IMG/VR virus record: IMGVR_UViG_3300027296_000001
Coordinates: 1-59,778 of that record
DNA: 59,778 bases
Source of the DNA: a virus
Strand: one strand, 5' to 3'
This document shows positions 7,782 to 15,965 of the stretch, one piece after another. The first letter of the stretch is position 1; every line of letters begins with the position of its first letter. Below the pieces are notes generated by a model. The model did no database searches and was not told the DNA's origin. It saw only the letters and a list, made by a program, of their open reading frames with translations. The position numbers and the translations under genes were made by a program.

Positions 7782-8053
7782 CTGTACTATCGCTTCGCGG
7801 CGGCGTGGGAAATCCGACAGACACGCAGGCTATGACGCGGCGCGCCGAGCCGCTGAGCTGCCTAGGTACGGCGGCGGGGTTGACGGTCCCGCCCGCGAGC
7901 AATTCGAAATTCGGTTCGGGCGACGGCCCTGGCATCCATCAGCCCGGGTCAATGACACGGGGCGGCGATCTACTCGCGACGGCTCCGTCGGGAAGGGCGC
8001 GTCAACGCGCTATGTGCCCCGCCGTCGGCCCGGAGCTTTGCGGGGAGGGCGGC

Positions 8054-8560
8054 ATGAGCGAAACCGACGGCGATATCAAGTTCGATCCCGTCAACATGGG
8101 GCAGGCGCTTGGCGTTCTCGCTGATGTGGTCAGTAGCTACGTCAGCGCGACGCACACTGCGGCCCTGGCCGACGACCGTAAGAAGTCCGCGCAGGTCAAC
8201 CTGGCCCTCTTCCTGCACAGCCTCTGCATGCGCTCGAAATACAAGGCCGAGACGGCCGATATCCTGGACATTATCAGCGCCCAGTTGCGGATGCAGGCGA
8301 ATGAGGAGGGCGCTGATCCCTCGACCACGGATCTCTTGAAGCCGACCGGCAATGACGGCGTCGTCAATGCCGAAATCTGCTTCAACTCGCTGCTGCTGAT
8401 GGGCGATGTCAACGTCACCCAAGAGCAGGTGGCGACCTGGTCGCAGGACCAGATGGACCGCGCCTATGACTGGGCGATGCGGGTTCACCTCCACGCCAGC
8501 GACAATCCGGGCGTCTTCGTGCCGGATCGCCCTGACTTTCTTCCGGGGAGGGTAGCGTGA
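8054..8560 (+). CDS. Hypothetical early protein
   Basis: SD GGGGAGGG precedes ATG 8054. Codon bias is gene-like from here on. Confidence 0.65.
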   Translation: MSETDGDIKFDPVNMGQALGVLADVVSSYVSATHTAALADDRKKSAQVNLALFLHSLCMRSKYKAETADILDIISAQLRMQANEEGADPSTTDLLKPTGNDGVVNAEICFNSLLLMGDVNVTQEQVATWSQDQMDRAYDWAMRVHLHASDNPGVFVPDRPDFLPGRVA

Positions 8561-8886
8561 GAACGCGCGACAAACTTGCTGCCGAGCTGCGCAAGGTTGG
8601 GTCGATGTCGGCGCAACACGGCGCCCTGTACGAGGCGTTCGCCAAGCGCGCCGAGACGGGCGAGTTCGACGACTACGCCGACACCTACGTCTGCCCGATT
8701 ACGCAGCTGCATCACGAACTGAGCTGTGCCGGCTTCACCAAGTTTGCCGCGCGCGTGGCCGCTGGCGAATTCGACGCGACCAAAGAAGAGAGTGACGAGT
8801 GGATGCGCAGTCCGGCAGGGCAAGAGGCCGCCAGGCGCCTATCGCCGGAGATGCGCAAGGTGCTCGGCATGGAAGTGATGAATTGA
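8557..8886 (+). CDS. Hypothetical protein
   Basis: GTG start in a GTGA overlap with the upstream stop. Confidence 0.55.
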   Translation: MRTRDKLAAELRKVGSMSAQHGALYEAFAKRAETGEFDDYADTYVCPITQLHHELSCAGFTKFAARVAAGEFDATKEESDEWMRSPAGQEAARRLSPEMRKVLGMEVMN

Positions 8887-8900
8887 GGGGGCTGGTCTCA

Positions 8901-9158
8901 GTGGCTGACATCAAGAATGTGTTGCTACGGGCGCAAAGCGAAATTCTGACGCTGCGTCATCGCAACGAAGTGCTGCAGGCCAAGGTCGACACGATGGACC
9001 TGTTCGCGCTCGTGCTGCGGACACAGCCCGCATACCAATCGGTCGGCATGGGCGAGGACGTCGCCTGGCTCATCGAAAAGGAAGTCGCAGAAATCAACCA
9101 CCGTGAAGCGGTGCCAGATCCGAAACCCGTTGAGGCCGTTCCACGCTCCGATAGCTGA
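8901..9158 (+). CDS. Hypothetical coiled-coil protein
   Basis: GTG 8901 with SD GAGGGGG upstream. Confidence 0.5.
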   Translation: MADIKNVLLRAQSEILTLRHRNEVLQAKVDTMDLFALVLRTQPAYQSVGMGEDVAWLIEKEVAEINHREAVPDPKPVEAVPRSDS

Positions 9159-9280
9159 TCCAAGCCTCGCACCCCGTTCTCAGTAAGCGTCACCAGCGTA
9201 TCCCGACATCACCTGCAGCTGCACCCGTTCGGTCATCTCCGGGCGTGAGCTTCTGCGTCCTTGCAACAGGAGGCAATCCG

Positions 9281-9520
9281 ATGCTTGCCGACCAACCGAT
9301 GCTGCGCGACGCGGTCACCGCGTTCCTGGTCTACATCATGATCGGAGCGCTGGTCTGGATGTTCGTCTATTGCCACGGCTGGCTTCGCCGCGTGTACTCG
9401 ACTGAGCTGACCGGATCGGGCGAGGTGCTCGATTTCATCGGCAATGCCCTGATCACCCTGGTGCTGATCGCCGGCTGGCCCGCGATGCTGATCGCGCTCC
9501 GCAAGGGCAAGCTGCAATGA
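9281..9520 (+). CDS. Small membrane protein
   Basis: SD AGGAGG precedes ATG 9281. Two hydrophobic segments. Confidence 0.55.
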   Translation: MLADQPMLRDAVTAFLVYIMIGALVWMFVYCHGWLRRVYSTELTGSGEVLDFIGNALITLVLIAGWPAMLIALRKGKLQ

Positions 9521-10065
9521 TCCGGATCATCGACATCCTGATGGTGCTGCTGCCCATCGTTCTGATCGCGATCGCGCTGCTGTTGGCGTGCGCGCTACGG
9601 GTCACCCGCTGGCGGAGGACCGTCGATCGACGAGCTGGCTTCGGCCGGGCCGCGGGTGACCCGTTTCAATATCCGTTCGGCGAGATGCCGCTCGTTCACA
9701 GCGAGCGCGTCTCGTTCGAGTACGGTCGCGGCGGGCGCATGCGCGACGCCAGCGACTTCCGCGCATGGGGCATCCCGCGATTTCATTCGGGCGGCTTCGT
9801 CGGATCGGAGCCAGGACCACTCGTAGGCGAACGCTGCGAGTCCTTTCCGATGACGCCGCGCCAGTACGAACGACTGGTTTCCGCGGGTGCCCTCCGGCGG
9901 AACGAGAGCGGCGGCCGTCCTGCATCCCTGTCGGGGACGGCCGTCGTTCTCACCTTTCCGCGCATGCTGAAGGCGGAGGAAGTCGATCAGATCAAAGCAG
10001 CGCGGCAGCATCAGATCGAGGAGATCGCGCGCGTGTTCGGCGGCTCCATGCAGAGGGATGCGTGA
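9517..10065 (+). CDS. Membrane-anchored hypothetical protein
   Basis: N-terminal hydrophobic helix. ATGA overlap with the upstream gene. Confidence 0.55.
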   Translation: MIRIIDILMVLLPIVLIAIALLLACALRVTRWRRTVDRRAGFGRAAGDPFQYPFGEMPLVHSERVSFEYGRGGRMRDASDFRAWGIPRFHSGGFVGSEPGPLVGERCESFPMTPRQYERLVSAGALRRNESGGRPASLSGTAVVLTFPRMLKAEEVDQIKAARQHQIEEIARVFGGSMQRDA

Positions 10066-10400
10066 TGCAGCAGCACCTCACCCGCGTCGAGCAGGCCAAC
10101 CTGATCGCCGGCCACGCCGTGTCGTACGCGACCGCGTTCCTCGACGATCGCCATTCGGTGCAGCAGCTCGCTGATAACGCCGATCGGCTCTTTCTCGATC
10201 TCATGGTGATCGAAGATGCGGAGACCACGTCTTTCCTGATCCCGGTGAAGCTGCTCGCCATCACCATGATGCGCACTGCACGCGTCGCGCGGGACCTCTC
10301 GCGATGGCCGTCGGCGGAGGATCGCTGGCACGCCGTCATGGCTGCGCTCGTCGAGCTCGTCATCAACGAAAGTCGCCAGCTTAATAAGGATCGCACATGA
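10065..10400 (+). CDS. Hypothetical protein
   Basis: TGATG overlap at 10063-10067. Confidence 0.55.
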   Translation: MQQHLTRVEQANLIAGHAVSYATAFLDDRHSVQQLADNADRLFLDLMVIEDAETTSFLIPVKLLAITMMRTARVARDLSRWPSAEDRWHAVMAALVELVINESRQLNKDRT

Positions 10401-10726
10401 AGCCGCTCTCCGAGCATCTGACGGCGCTGATTGCGACCGCCGAGGACATGATGCGGCGCCCGGTCTATCAGATCCCGACCCATTTGCCGCAGGGCTTCTC
10501 CGAGGTCGCTGCCGCCATCAAGCAGGCCGACAATTCGCCCTGCGACGCCGTCCGCGCCACTCGCGCCGGCATCGTGATGCTCACCGCGATCGAGGCCTAC
10601 TTCGCCGAGCCGCAATCGCAGGACTACTGGCAGATGCTGATCGGTGCGACGCTGCCGCTGCTCCGCCGCGCGGCCTGGCAGGCGCTCCGCAATGAACGGG
10701 CGGTGTCGGAGGAGACGCGGCGATGA
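10397..10726 (+). CDS. Hypothetical protein
   Basis: ATGA-coupled to the upstream gene. Confidence 0.55.
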   Translation: MKPLSEHLTALIATAEDMMRRPVYQIPTHLPQGFSEVAAAIKQADNSPCDAVRATRAGIVMLTAIEAYFAEPQSQDYWQMLIGATLPLLRRAAWQALRNERAVSEETRR

Positions 10727-10908
10727 ACGAAGTTGCGCGCCTTCGCGCCGAATACGCTGAGCTTCATCGCGAGGTCCTCGAACTTTCGCACGACGAGATG
10801 CGCAACCGTGCTGCGCTCGATCGCTTGCAACTCCGCGAACAGCAGATCGTGGATGCGCTCCGCAAGCACGGCACGTCGCTCTTTTCTGACGAGGCGAGGG
10901 CGCACTGA
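10723..10908 (+). CDS. Hypothetical coiled-coil protein
   Basis: ATGA-coupled, 61 aa. Confidence 0.5.
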   Translation: MNEVARLRAEYAELHREVLELSHDEMRNRAALDRLQLREQQIVDALRKHGTSLFSDEARAH

Positions 10909-11093
10909 TGTCGCTTGTCGAGGATCTCCAGAAACAGCAGCAAGAGGTCGATCGCCGGCTCGCCAAGGCGCTCGAGGATGTAGGCCGTAGCGCGCTCGGG
11001 ATGCCGTCAGCCGCCGACACCTTTCGCGCCATGCTCGATCGCGCGGGCCTCGCGCTGATGCTGAAGGCTAAACCGGAGGAGCCCCAGCGATGA
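10908..11093 (+). CDS. Hypothetical protein
   Basis: Coupled to the upstream gene, 61 aa. Confidence 0.5.
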   Translation: MSLVEDLQKQQQEVDRRLAKALEDVGRSALGMPSAADTFRAMLDRAGLALMLKAKPEEPQR

Positions 11094-11698
11094 GTAATAA
11101 GTCACGAAAGCCGCGAAAGCAGCGCTGGCAGAGCCTCAAGGGTATGACCGATGAGCAGCGGTGCAACCACGTTAGAGCGCTGTCTCGTGACAGGTACGCG
11201 CGTCAAGCCGCGATCCGGCGGGCAAGCCGCGCTGCCGATCCTTTGCATCTAATCGGCACGGTCGATCTCGCATACATGGCCGGCCTCATTGATGGGGAGG
11301 GGTCGATCTACTGCCTTGCTCACGGCGGTGGTAAGACGTGCTACCCGACGATCACCGTCGCGATGACCGATTTTGGCGTGATCGAATGGCTGGCCAGTAA
11401 ATGGCGGGTTAAGACCAGCAAGATGCCGCGCCGGGTCGCGACATATAAGCCCGCGGTCTTCGTGCGGCTGTCTGGAGAGCGAGCGCGACTGCTGTGCGAG
11501 CTCCTGCTGCCCTATCTCAAGGTGAAACGTGCTCAAGCGGCGCTTGTCCAAGAGTTCCCGTTAGACGCGCGTTCTGGCCCCGGAATCAAGGTCGGCGCGT
11601 CCGAGATCAATCGACGCCGTTTTGCGCTTCGAGATAAGATCAATGGCCTCAACCACGCTCCGAGAAATGCCAGTTATCGGCGTGGAGCGGCGGCATGA
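11090..11698 (+). CDS. LAGLIDADG-family homing endonuclease (single motif)
   Basis: LAYMAGLIDGEGSI motif. Basic N-terminus. ATGA-coupled on both sides. Confidence 0.8.
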   Translation: MSNKSRKPRKQRWQSLKGMTDEQRCNHVRALSRDRYARQAAIRRASRAADPLHLIGTVDLAYMAGLIDGEGSIYCLAHGGGKTCYPTITVAMTDFGVIEWLASKWRVKTSKMPRRVATYKPAVFVRLSGERARLLCELLLPYLKVKRAQAALVQEFPLDARSGPGIKVGASEINRRRFALRDKINGLNHAPRNASYRRGAAA

Positions 11699-12882
11699 CT
11701 GGCCAGAGTAAGATCGAGTGGACTGATCAAACTTGGAATCCGATCGTCGGTTGTTCGATAGTCTCACCTGGCTGCACCAACTGCTACGCGATGCGGCAGG
11801 CATGGCGGTTCAAAGCCTCATATCTTGGCCGCAAGGTTGCAGGCCCGGTCGCTGAGAATGTGGTGCGCAAGGTCAACGGCAATGCTGTCTGGACCGGACA
11901 GCTCGCGATGGCGCCTGACTATGCGTTCTTCGCGCCTCTCCACCGCAAGAAACCGACCAAATATTTCGTGAATTCGATGGGCGATCTTTTCCACGAAGAT
12001 TGTCCCGACGAGTGGATCGACCGCGTGTTCGCCGTCATAGCGCTGGCTCCGCAGCATACCTTTCAGGTGCTGACGAAGCGCGCGAAGCGGATGCGGGAGT
12101 ATCTCTGTGGCGATTGGGCTCATCGTTCCTACGGCATAGCAAAGGCGCTTCCGGGTTTCGCGTTGGGTAAGATCAACATTGTTAGCGGTTCGCTCCCGAA
12201 CGTCTGGCTGGGTGTCTCGGCAGAACGGCAGCCGGAAGCCGACGAGCGGATTCCGGAGCTGCTCGCCACGCCGGCGATGGTGCGCTTTGTCTCAATCGAG
12301 CCGCTGCTCGGGCCGATACGCCTCGATCGAGTTGAAGAAGACGTCGATGCGTTCGCTGATTGTGGCGGTCATCCAGATCCGCACTGGCCGCTCGATACGC
12401 AGGACGCCACTTGGCTGAACGCGCTGCGCGGGGTCATGGAGGCAGAAGCGCGTAGTCCTGCCGGAGAGAAGCTTGGCGATATCGATGTCGGCCTCAAGCA
12501 CGAAGGCGGAAAGCTCGATTGGGTGATCGTCGGCGGGGAGAGCGGCCGCGAAGCTCGCCCGATGCATCCCGACTGGGCGCGAGCACTGCGCGATCAATGC
12601 GCCGCGGCCAAGGTTGCGTTCTTCTTCAAGCAGTGGGGCGAATGGGCTCCCCAAATTGGCGCCGTCGATGGCTGGACGATAGCCGACAATCCGGAGATCA
12701 GCCGGCTCGATCATCGCGAATGGGAAGATGGCCGCTGGAGCGATGTCTTCCGCCCAATGTGGTGCGATTTCCAAGACGGCAACTACGACGAAGCCCAGAC
12801 GGTTTCGCGGATCGGCAAGAAGGGTGCCGGCCGCAAGCTCGATGGCGTCGAGCACAACGAATTCCCGCGGGTGCCGGCATGA
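11695..12882 (+). CDS. Phage Gp37/Gp68 family protein (DUF5131)
   Basis: N-terminal KIEWTDQTWNPIVGCSIVSPGCTNCYA. Internal DLFHED, and DWVIVGGESG..RPMHPDW..FFFKQWGEW. Confidence 0.85.
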   Translation: MTGQSKIEWTDQTWNPIVGCSIVSPGCTNCYAMRQAWRFKASYLGRKVAGPVAENVVRKVNGNAVWTGQLAMAPDYAFFAPLHRKKPTKYFVNSMGDLFHEDCPDEWIDRVFAVIALAPQHTFQVLTKRAKRMREYLCGDWAHRSYGIAKALPGFALGKINIVSGSLPNVWLGVSAERQPEADERIPELLATPAMVRFVSIEPLLGPIRLDRVEEDVDAFADCGGHPDPHWPLDTQDATWLNALRGVMEAEARSPAGEKLGDIDVGLKHEGGKLDWVIVGGESGREARPMHPDWARALRDQCAAAKVAFFFKQWGEWAPQIGAVDGWTIADNPEISRLDHREWEDGRWSDVFRPMWCDFQDGNYDEAQTVSRIGKKGAGRKLDGVEHNEFPRVPA

Positions 12883-14081
12883 GCCCCCTGCGTACCATCG
12901 ACCCCAAGCCGTTCCTGGCCCGTCTGCCTCGCGGCCCGAAGTCCGAGGTGGGCGAGCGGCCCGAGCTGCAATGGTTGAAGATCTCAAAGCTGCGCATCGA
13001 TCCGCGCTACCAGCGCGAGATTGGCCGCCGCGGGGCCGACAATATCATCGCCATCGTGCCGCAGTTCAAATGGGCGAAGTTTACGCCCGTGGTGGTGGCG
13101 CCGATCGGCGAGGGTCTGTTCGCCATCATCGACGGCCAGCACCGCACGACGGCGGCGGCCGCGCGCGGTTTCGAGGCCGTTCCTTGCGTCATCATCCAGG
13201 TCGACCAAGCCGACCAGGCGGACGCCTTCGTCGCCATCAACGCCAACGTCACGGCGATGTCGCCGTTGCAGCTGCACGCCGCGCGCCTCGCCGCCGGCAG
13301 CAAGGCCGCTGCCGAGCTGACGGAAGCCTGTCAGGAGGCTGGCGTCACGATCTGCCGCTACCCCGTGCCGGCGAACAAGATGCAGCCGGGCGAGACGCTC
13401 GCCGTTGCAATGCTGCAGTCGGCGCTTGAGAAATTCGGCCGTGACGTCCTGGTCGCGGCGCTCTGCTGCATCACGAAGACCCGCCGCGGCAATCCCGGCA
13501 TGATCCGCAAAGCGATCGTCCAGGCGCTGTGCGCCGTGCTCGAGGCGGAGCGCTCCTGGCTTGCCGATCGGCCGCGGCTGATCTTTGCTATGCAGACGTT
13601 CGATTTCGCTGCCCAGTTCACGGCGGCCTCGGCCCGGTCGATCGAGACCGGAGATAGTGTGGCGAGCACACTGGTCGAGGCCATTGCGGACCATCTCGAC
13701 GGCAAGGTCGAGATGTCGCCGCCCGCGGCCGCTACGCCAGCCCCGGCGGCCGCGAAGTCACCTGCGGCCCCGCCGGCGCGACCGTTGCCCGCGAAGACCG
13801 CGGCCCATGGTCCGCTGTCGATCGGCCGCGACGAGATCAGCCGCAATGGGCGGCGCCTGCGCGTTGCCCCACGCGCCGCGCTTCTGCTGCAAGCCTTGGC
13901 CAAGGCACAGCCGAACTGCGTCGGCGATGAGTGGCTCGTCTCGAAACTCTGGACCGCACGACCGCCGAACGCCCTCGACCTGATCGACCAGATGATACGC
14001 GGGCTTGAAGGGCTGAAGGATCTCGGCCTCGAGATCCGCACACACCGCGGCGTCGGCCGCCAGCTGATCGAGGTGGCATGA
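12879..14081 (+). CDS. ParB N-terminal-domain (DGQHR motif) protein with a C-terminal winged-helix-like region
   Basis: IDPRYQREIG...FAIIDGQHRTTAAAA. C-terminal LLLQALAKAQPNCVGDEWLVSKLW...GVGRQLIEV resembles an OmpR-type wing. Confidence 0.8.
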   Translation: MSPLRTIDPKPFLARLPRGPKSEVGERPELQWLKISKLRIDPRYQREIGRRGADNIIAIVPQFKWAKFTPVVVAPIGEGLFAIIDGQHRTTAAAARGFEAVPCVIIQVDQADQADAFVAINANVTAMSPLQLHAARLAAGSKAAAELTEACQEAGVTICRYPVPANKMQPGETLAVAMLQSALEKFGRDVLVAALCCITKTRRGNPGMIRKAIVQALCAVLEAERSWLADRPRLIFAMQTFDFAAQFTAASARSIETGDSVASTLVEAIADHLDGKVEMSPPAAATPAPAAAKSPAAPPARPLPAKTAAHGPLSIGRDEISRNGRRLRVAPRAALLLQALAKAQPNCVGDEWLVSKLWTARPPNALDLIDQMIRGLEGLKDLGLEIRTHRGVGRQLIEVA

Positions 14082-15130
14082 CCCTGCTTGCCGCTTACGA
14101 TCGCGCCCGCGTCGCGCTAGCTGAGGCCACCAAGGTCGGCGAGGTCATGGCCGTTCGCGACGAGCTCGAGCACGTCAAGCTTTACGCGCGCCAGATTCAG
14201 GACCGCGCGCTGCTCGCCGATGCGACCGTGTTCCAGATGCGGGCCGAGCGGCGCCTGGGCGTGCTGCTCGCCGCAGCCAAGGAGGCGGGCCAGATCGCCG
14301 AGGGCCGCAAGCGCAAGGATGATGCCGGCGATCGTGTCACGCTGCCGGAAATCGGCGTCGACCGTAAGCTGTCCGCCAAGGCGCAGAAGGCGGCCGCCCT
14401 AGATGATGATGCCTTCGAGCAGCTGACCGAATCCGCCCGCGATAAGATAAAGAGTGGCGGCGCCATCCTCGTGGATCCGATTCAAGCCGCGGCCAAGGAT
14501 GCCGAGATCGCTGGCCGGCGCACGGCGCATGCGGCGCGGACGGAGAAGGGCGGCTGCGTTGCCGATCTCGGCGCGCTGGCGCTGACCGGCAAGAGGTTCG
14601 GCTCAATCGGCTCGGATCCTCAGTGGAAATTCCTGACGCGCTCGGCCGCCGGCGAGGGCCGGTCGGCGAACATCCACTACAAGACCGAGGAGGTCGACAA
14701 GATCAAGGACCTCCCGGTCAACGAGCTGCTCGCCGACGACGGCGCCTTCTATATGTGGATGGTCGACTGGTGCCCGCAGGATGCGCTCGATCTTCTGGCG
14801 CATTGGCGCCTGAAGCACGTCACCACCGCATTCACTTGGGTCAAGCAGAACGCGTCCGGCGAGGGCTGGCACATGGGCCAGGGGTATTGGACCCGCGCTA
14901 ATCCTGAGCAGTGCTGGCTCGCCACCAAGGGCAACCCCAAGCGGCTCTACGCCGACGTGCGCCAATTGATCGTCGCCCCGGTGATGGAGCATTCGCGCAA
15001 ACCCGATGAATGGCTCGATCGTATCGAGCGCCTCACTGAGGGTGATTACCTCGAGCTCCAGGCAAGGCGGCCCAGAAAGGGTTGGGTTTCCTGGGGGGAC
15101 GAGCTCGAATGGACGGGGGTGGCAGCATGA
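14078..15130 (+). CDS. MT-A70 family N6-adenine DNA methyltransferase
   Basis: DPQWKF (a DPPW variant), FYMWMV and EHSRKPDE motifs. Confidence 0.85.
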   Translation: MTLLAAYDRARVALAEATKVGEVMAVRDELEHVKLYARQIQDRALLADATVFQMRAERRLGVLLAAAKEAGQIAEGRKRKDDAGDRVTLPEIGVDRKLSAKAQKAAALDDDAFEQLTESARDKIKSGGAILVDPIQAAAKDAEIAGRRTAHAARTEKGGCVADLGALALTGKRFGSIGSDPQWKFLTRSAAGEGRSANIHYKTEEVDKIKDLPVNELLADDGAFYMWMVDWCPQDALDLLAHWRLKHVTTAFTWVKQNASGEGWHMGQGYWTRANPEQCWLATKGNPKRLYADVRQLIVAPVMEHSRKPDEWLDRIERLTEGDYLELQARRPRKGWVSWGDELEWTGVAA

Positions 15131-15465
15131 CGTCTCGCTCCAAAGGGGAAAATCGCGAGTACATGCGCGATTACATGCGTGATCGCCGCACCAAGGAGCG
15201 CCTCGCGGGGCGCAAGCGCAACACTGCAGCCGATCGTGCCTACAAGCGCGCCGAATACAAATCAGAGGCACCCGGCGTCCACACCAAGGGCGACTTCGTC
15301 CGCCGCGAACTCGCACTCTATGACCCGCGACGCGACAAGCCCTTGCACCACGCCGACCTGACCGCACTGGTGATGGGCGACCCTCCGATCGGTCGTCGCG
15401 CGATCGATCGGCACCAGGCGCGTACTGGCATCCGCTCGACATCGCTGGCGGGAGTGCAGCCATGA
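15127..15465 (+). CDS. Hypothetical basic protein
   Basis: ATGA-coupled. Confidence 0.55.
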   Translation: MTSRSKGENREYMRDYMRDRRTKERLAGRKRNTAADRAYKRAEYKSEAPGVHTKGDFVRRELALYDPRRDKPLHHADLTALVMGDPPIGRRAIDRHQARTGIRSTSLAGVQP

Positions 15466-15965
15466 CAATCACCGCCGAAGATGCCGAGCGGGCATGGAAA
15501 GAGTGGGGCTGCAACTGCGGCCCGGCGGCGCTTGCCGCCATCATGGGAATGACACTCGACGAGGTGCGCTCGCACATGGGCGACTTTGAGCGCAAGCGCT
15601 ATACCAATCCGACGCTAATGTGGGAGTCGCTCGATCGCGTCGGCGCGCGCTGGAAGAATCATGGCCGCCGGTGCGATTGGCCAGTTCACGGCCTCTGCCG
15701 CATCCAGTGGGAAGGCCCCTGGACGGCGCCCGGCGTTCCAGCTCGCGCGGCCTACCGTCACACCCATTGGATCGCGGTGAAGCATGCGGGCGGCTCGCCT
15801 AACGTTGGCATCTTCGACATCAACTGCACGAACAACGGCACGGGATGGGTTTCCGAGAACGACTGGCGCAACCAGGTCGTCCCCTGGATCTTGCAAGAGT
15901 GCGTTCCGCGCGCGAACGGATGCTGGCATATCACCCATCATGTTGAGGTGGAGGCGCGCTCATGA
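15462..15965 (+). CDS. Hypothetical protein; possible papain-fold (C39-like) Cys peptidase
   Basis: WGCNCGPAALAAIMG followed later by HTHWIAV. The Cys...His spacing is like the C39_2 family. Weak call. Confidence 0.5.
   Translation: MTITAEDAERAWKEWGCNCGPAALAAIMGMTLDEVRSHMGDFERKRYTNPTLMWESLDRVGARWKNHGRRCDWPVHGLCRIQWEGPWTAPGVPARAAYRHTHWIAVKHAGGSPNVGIFDINCTNNGTGWVSENDWRNQVVPWILQECVPRANGCWHITHHVEVEARS

Larger units (their letters stand above)
7312..8053 (+). ncRNA. Candidate structured leader or ncRNA region (function unknown)
   Basis: No ORF here has gene-like composition. It holds three covarying hairpins and one weak hairpin plus U-run. See findings. Confidence 0.35.

Noticed and set aside
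6884-8053. The first 390 or so codons of the 558-aa ORF 6884-8560, read as a real protein N-terminus.
   Set aside because: The translation is low-complexity and S/G/R/T/A-rich. Third-position GC is about 57 percent by hand count, against more than 80 percent in neighbouring genes, and second-position GC is about 75 percent. The ORF overlaps the better-supported small HTH gene in another frame. A strong SD plus ATG at 8054 begins the gene-like part. The rejection is not absolute, because the stop-free run is statistically odd; see findings.
12519-12878. The upstream extension of the ParB-fold ORF (start at 12519).
   Set aside because: It lies entirely inside the DUF5131 gene in another frame. 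ATG 12879 forms the ATGA coupling used throughout this operon.
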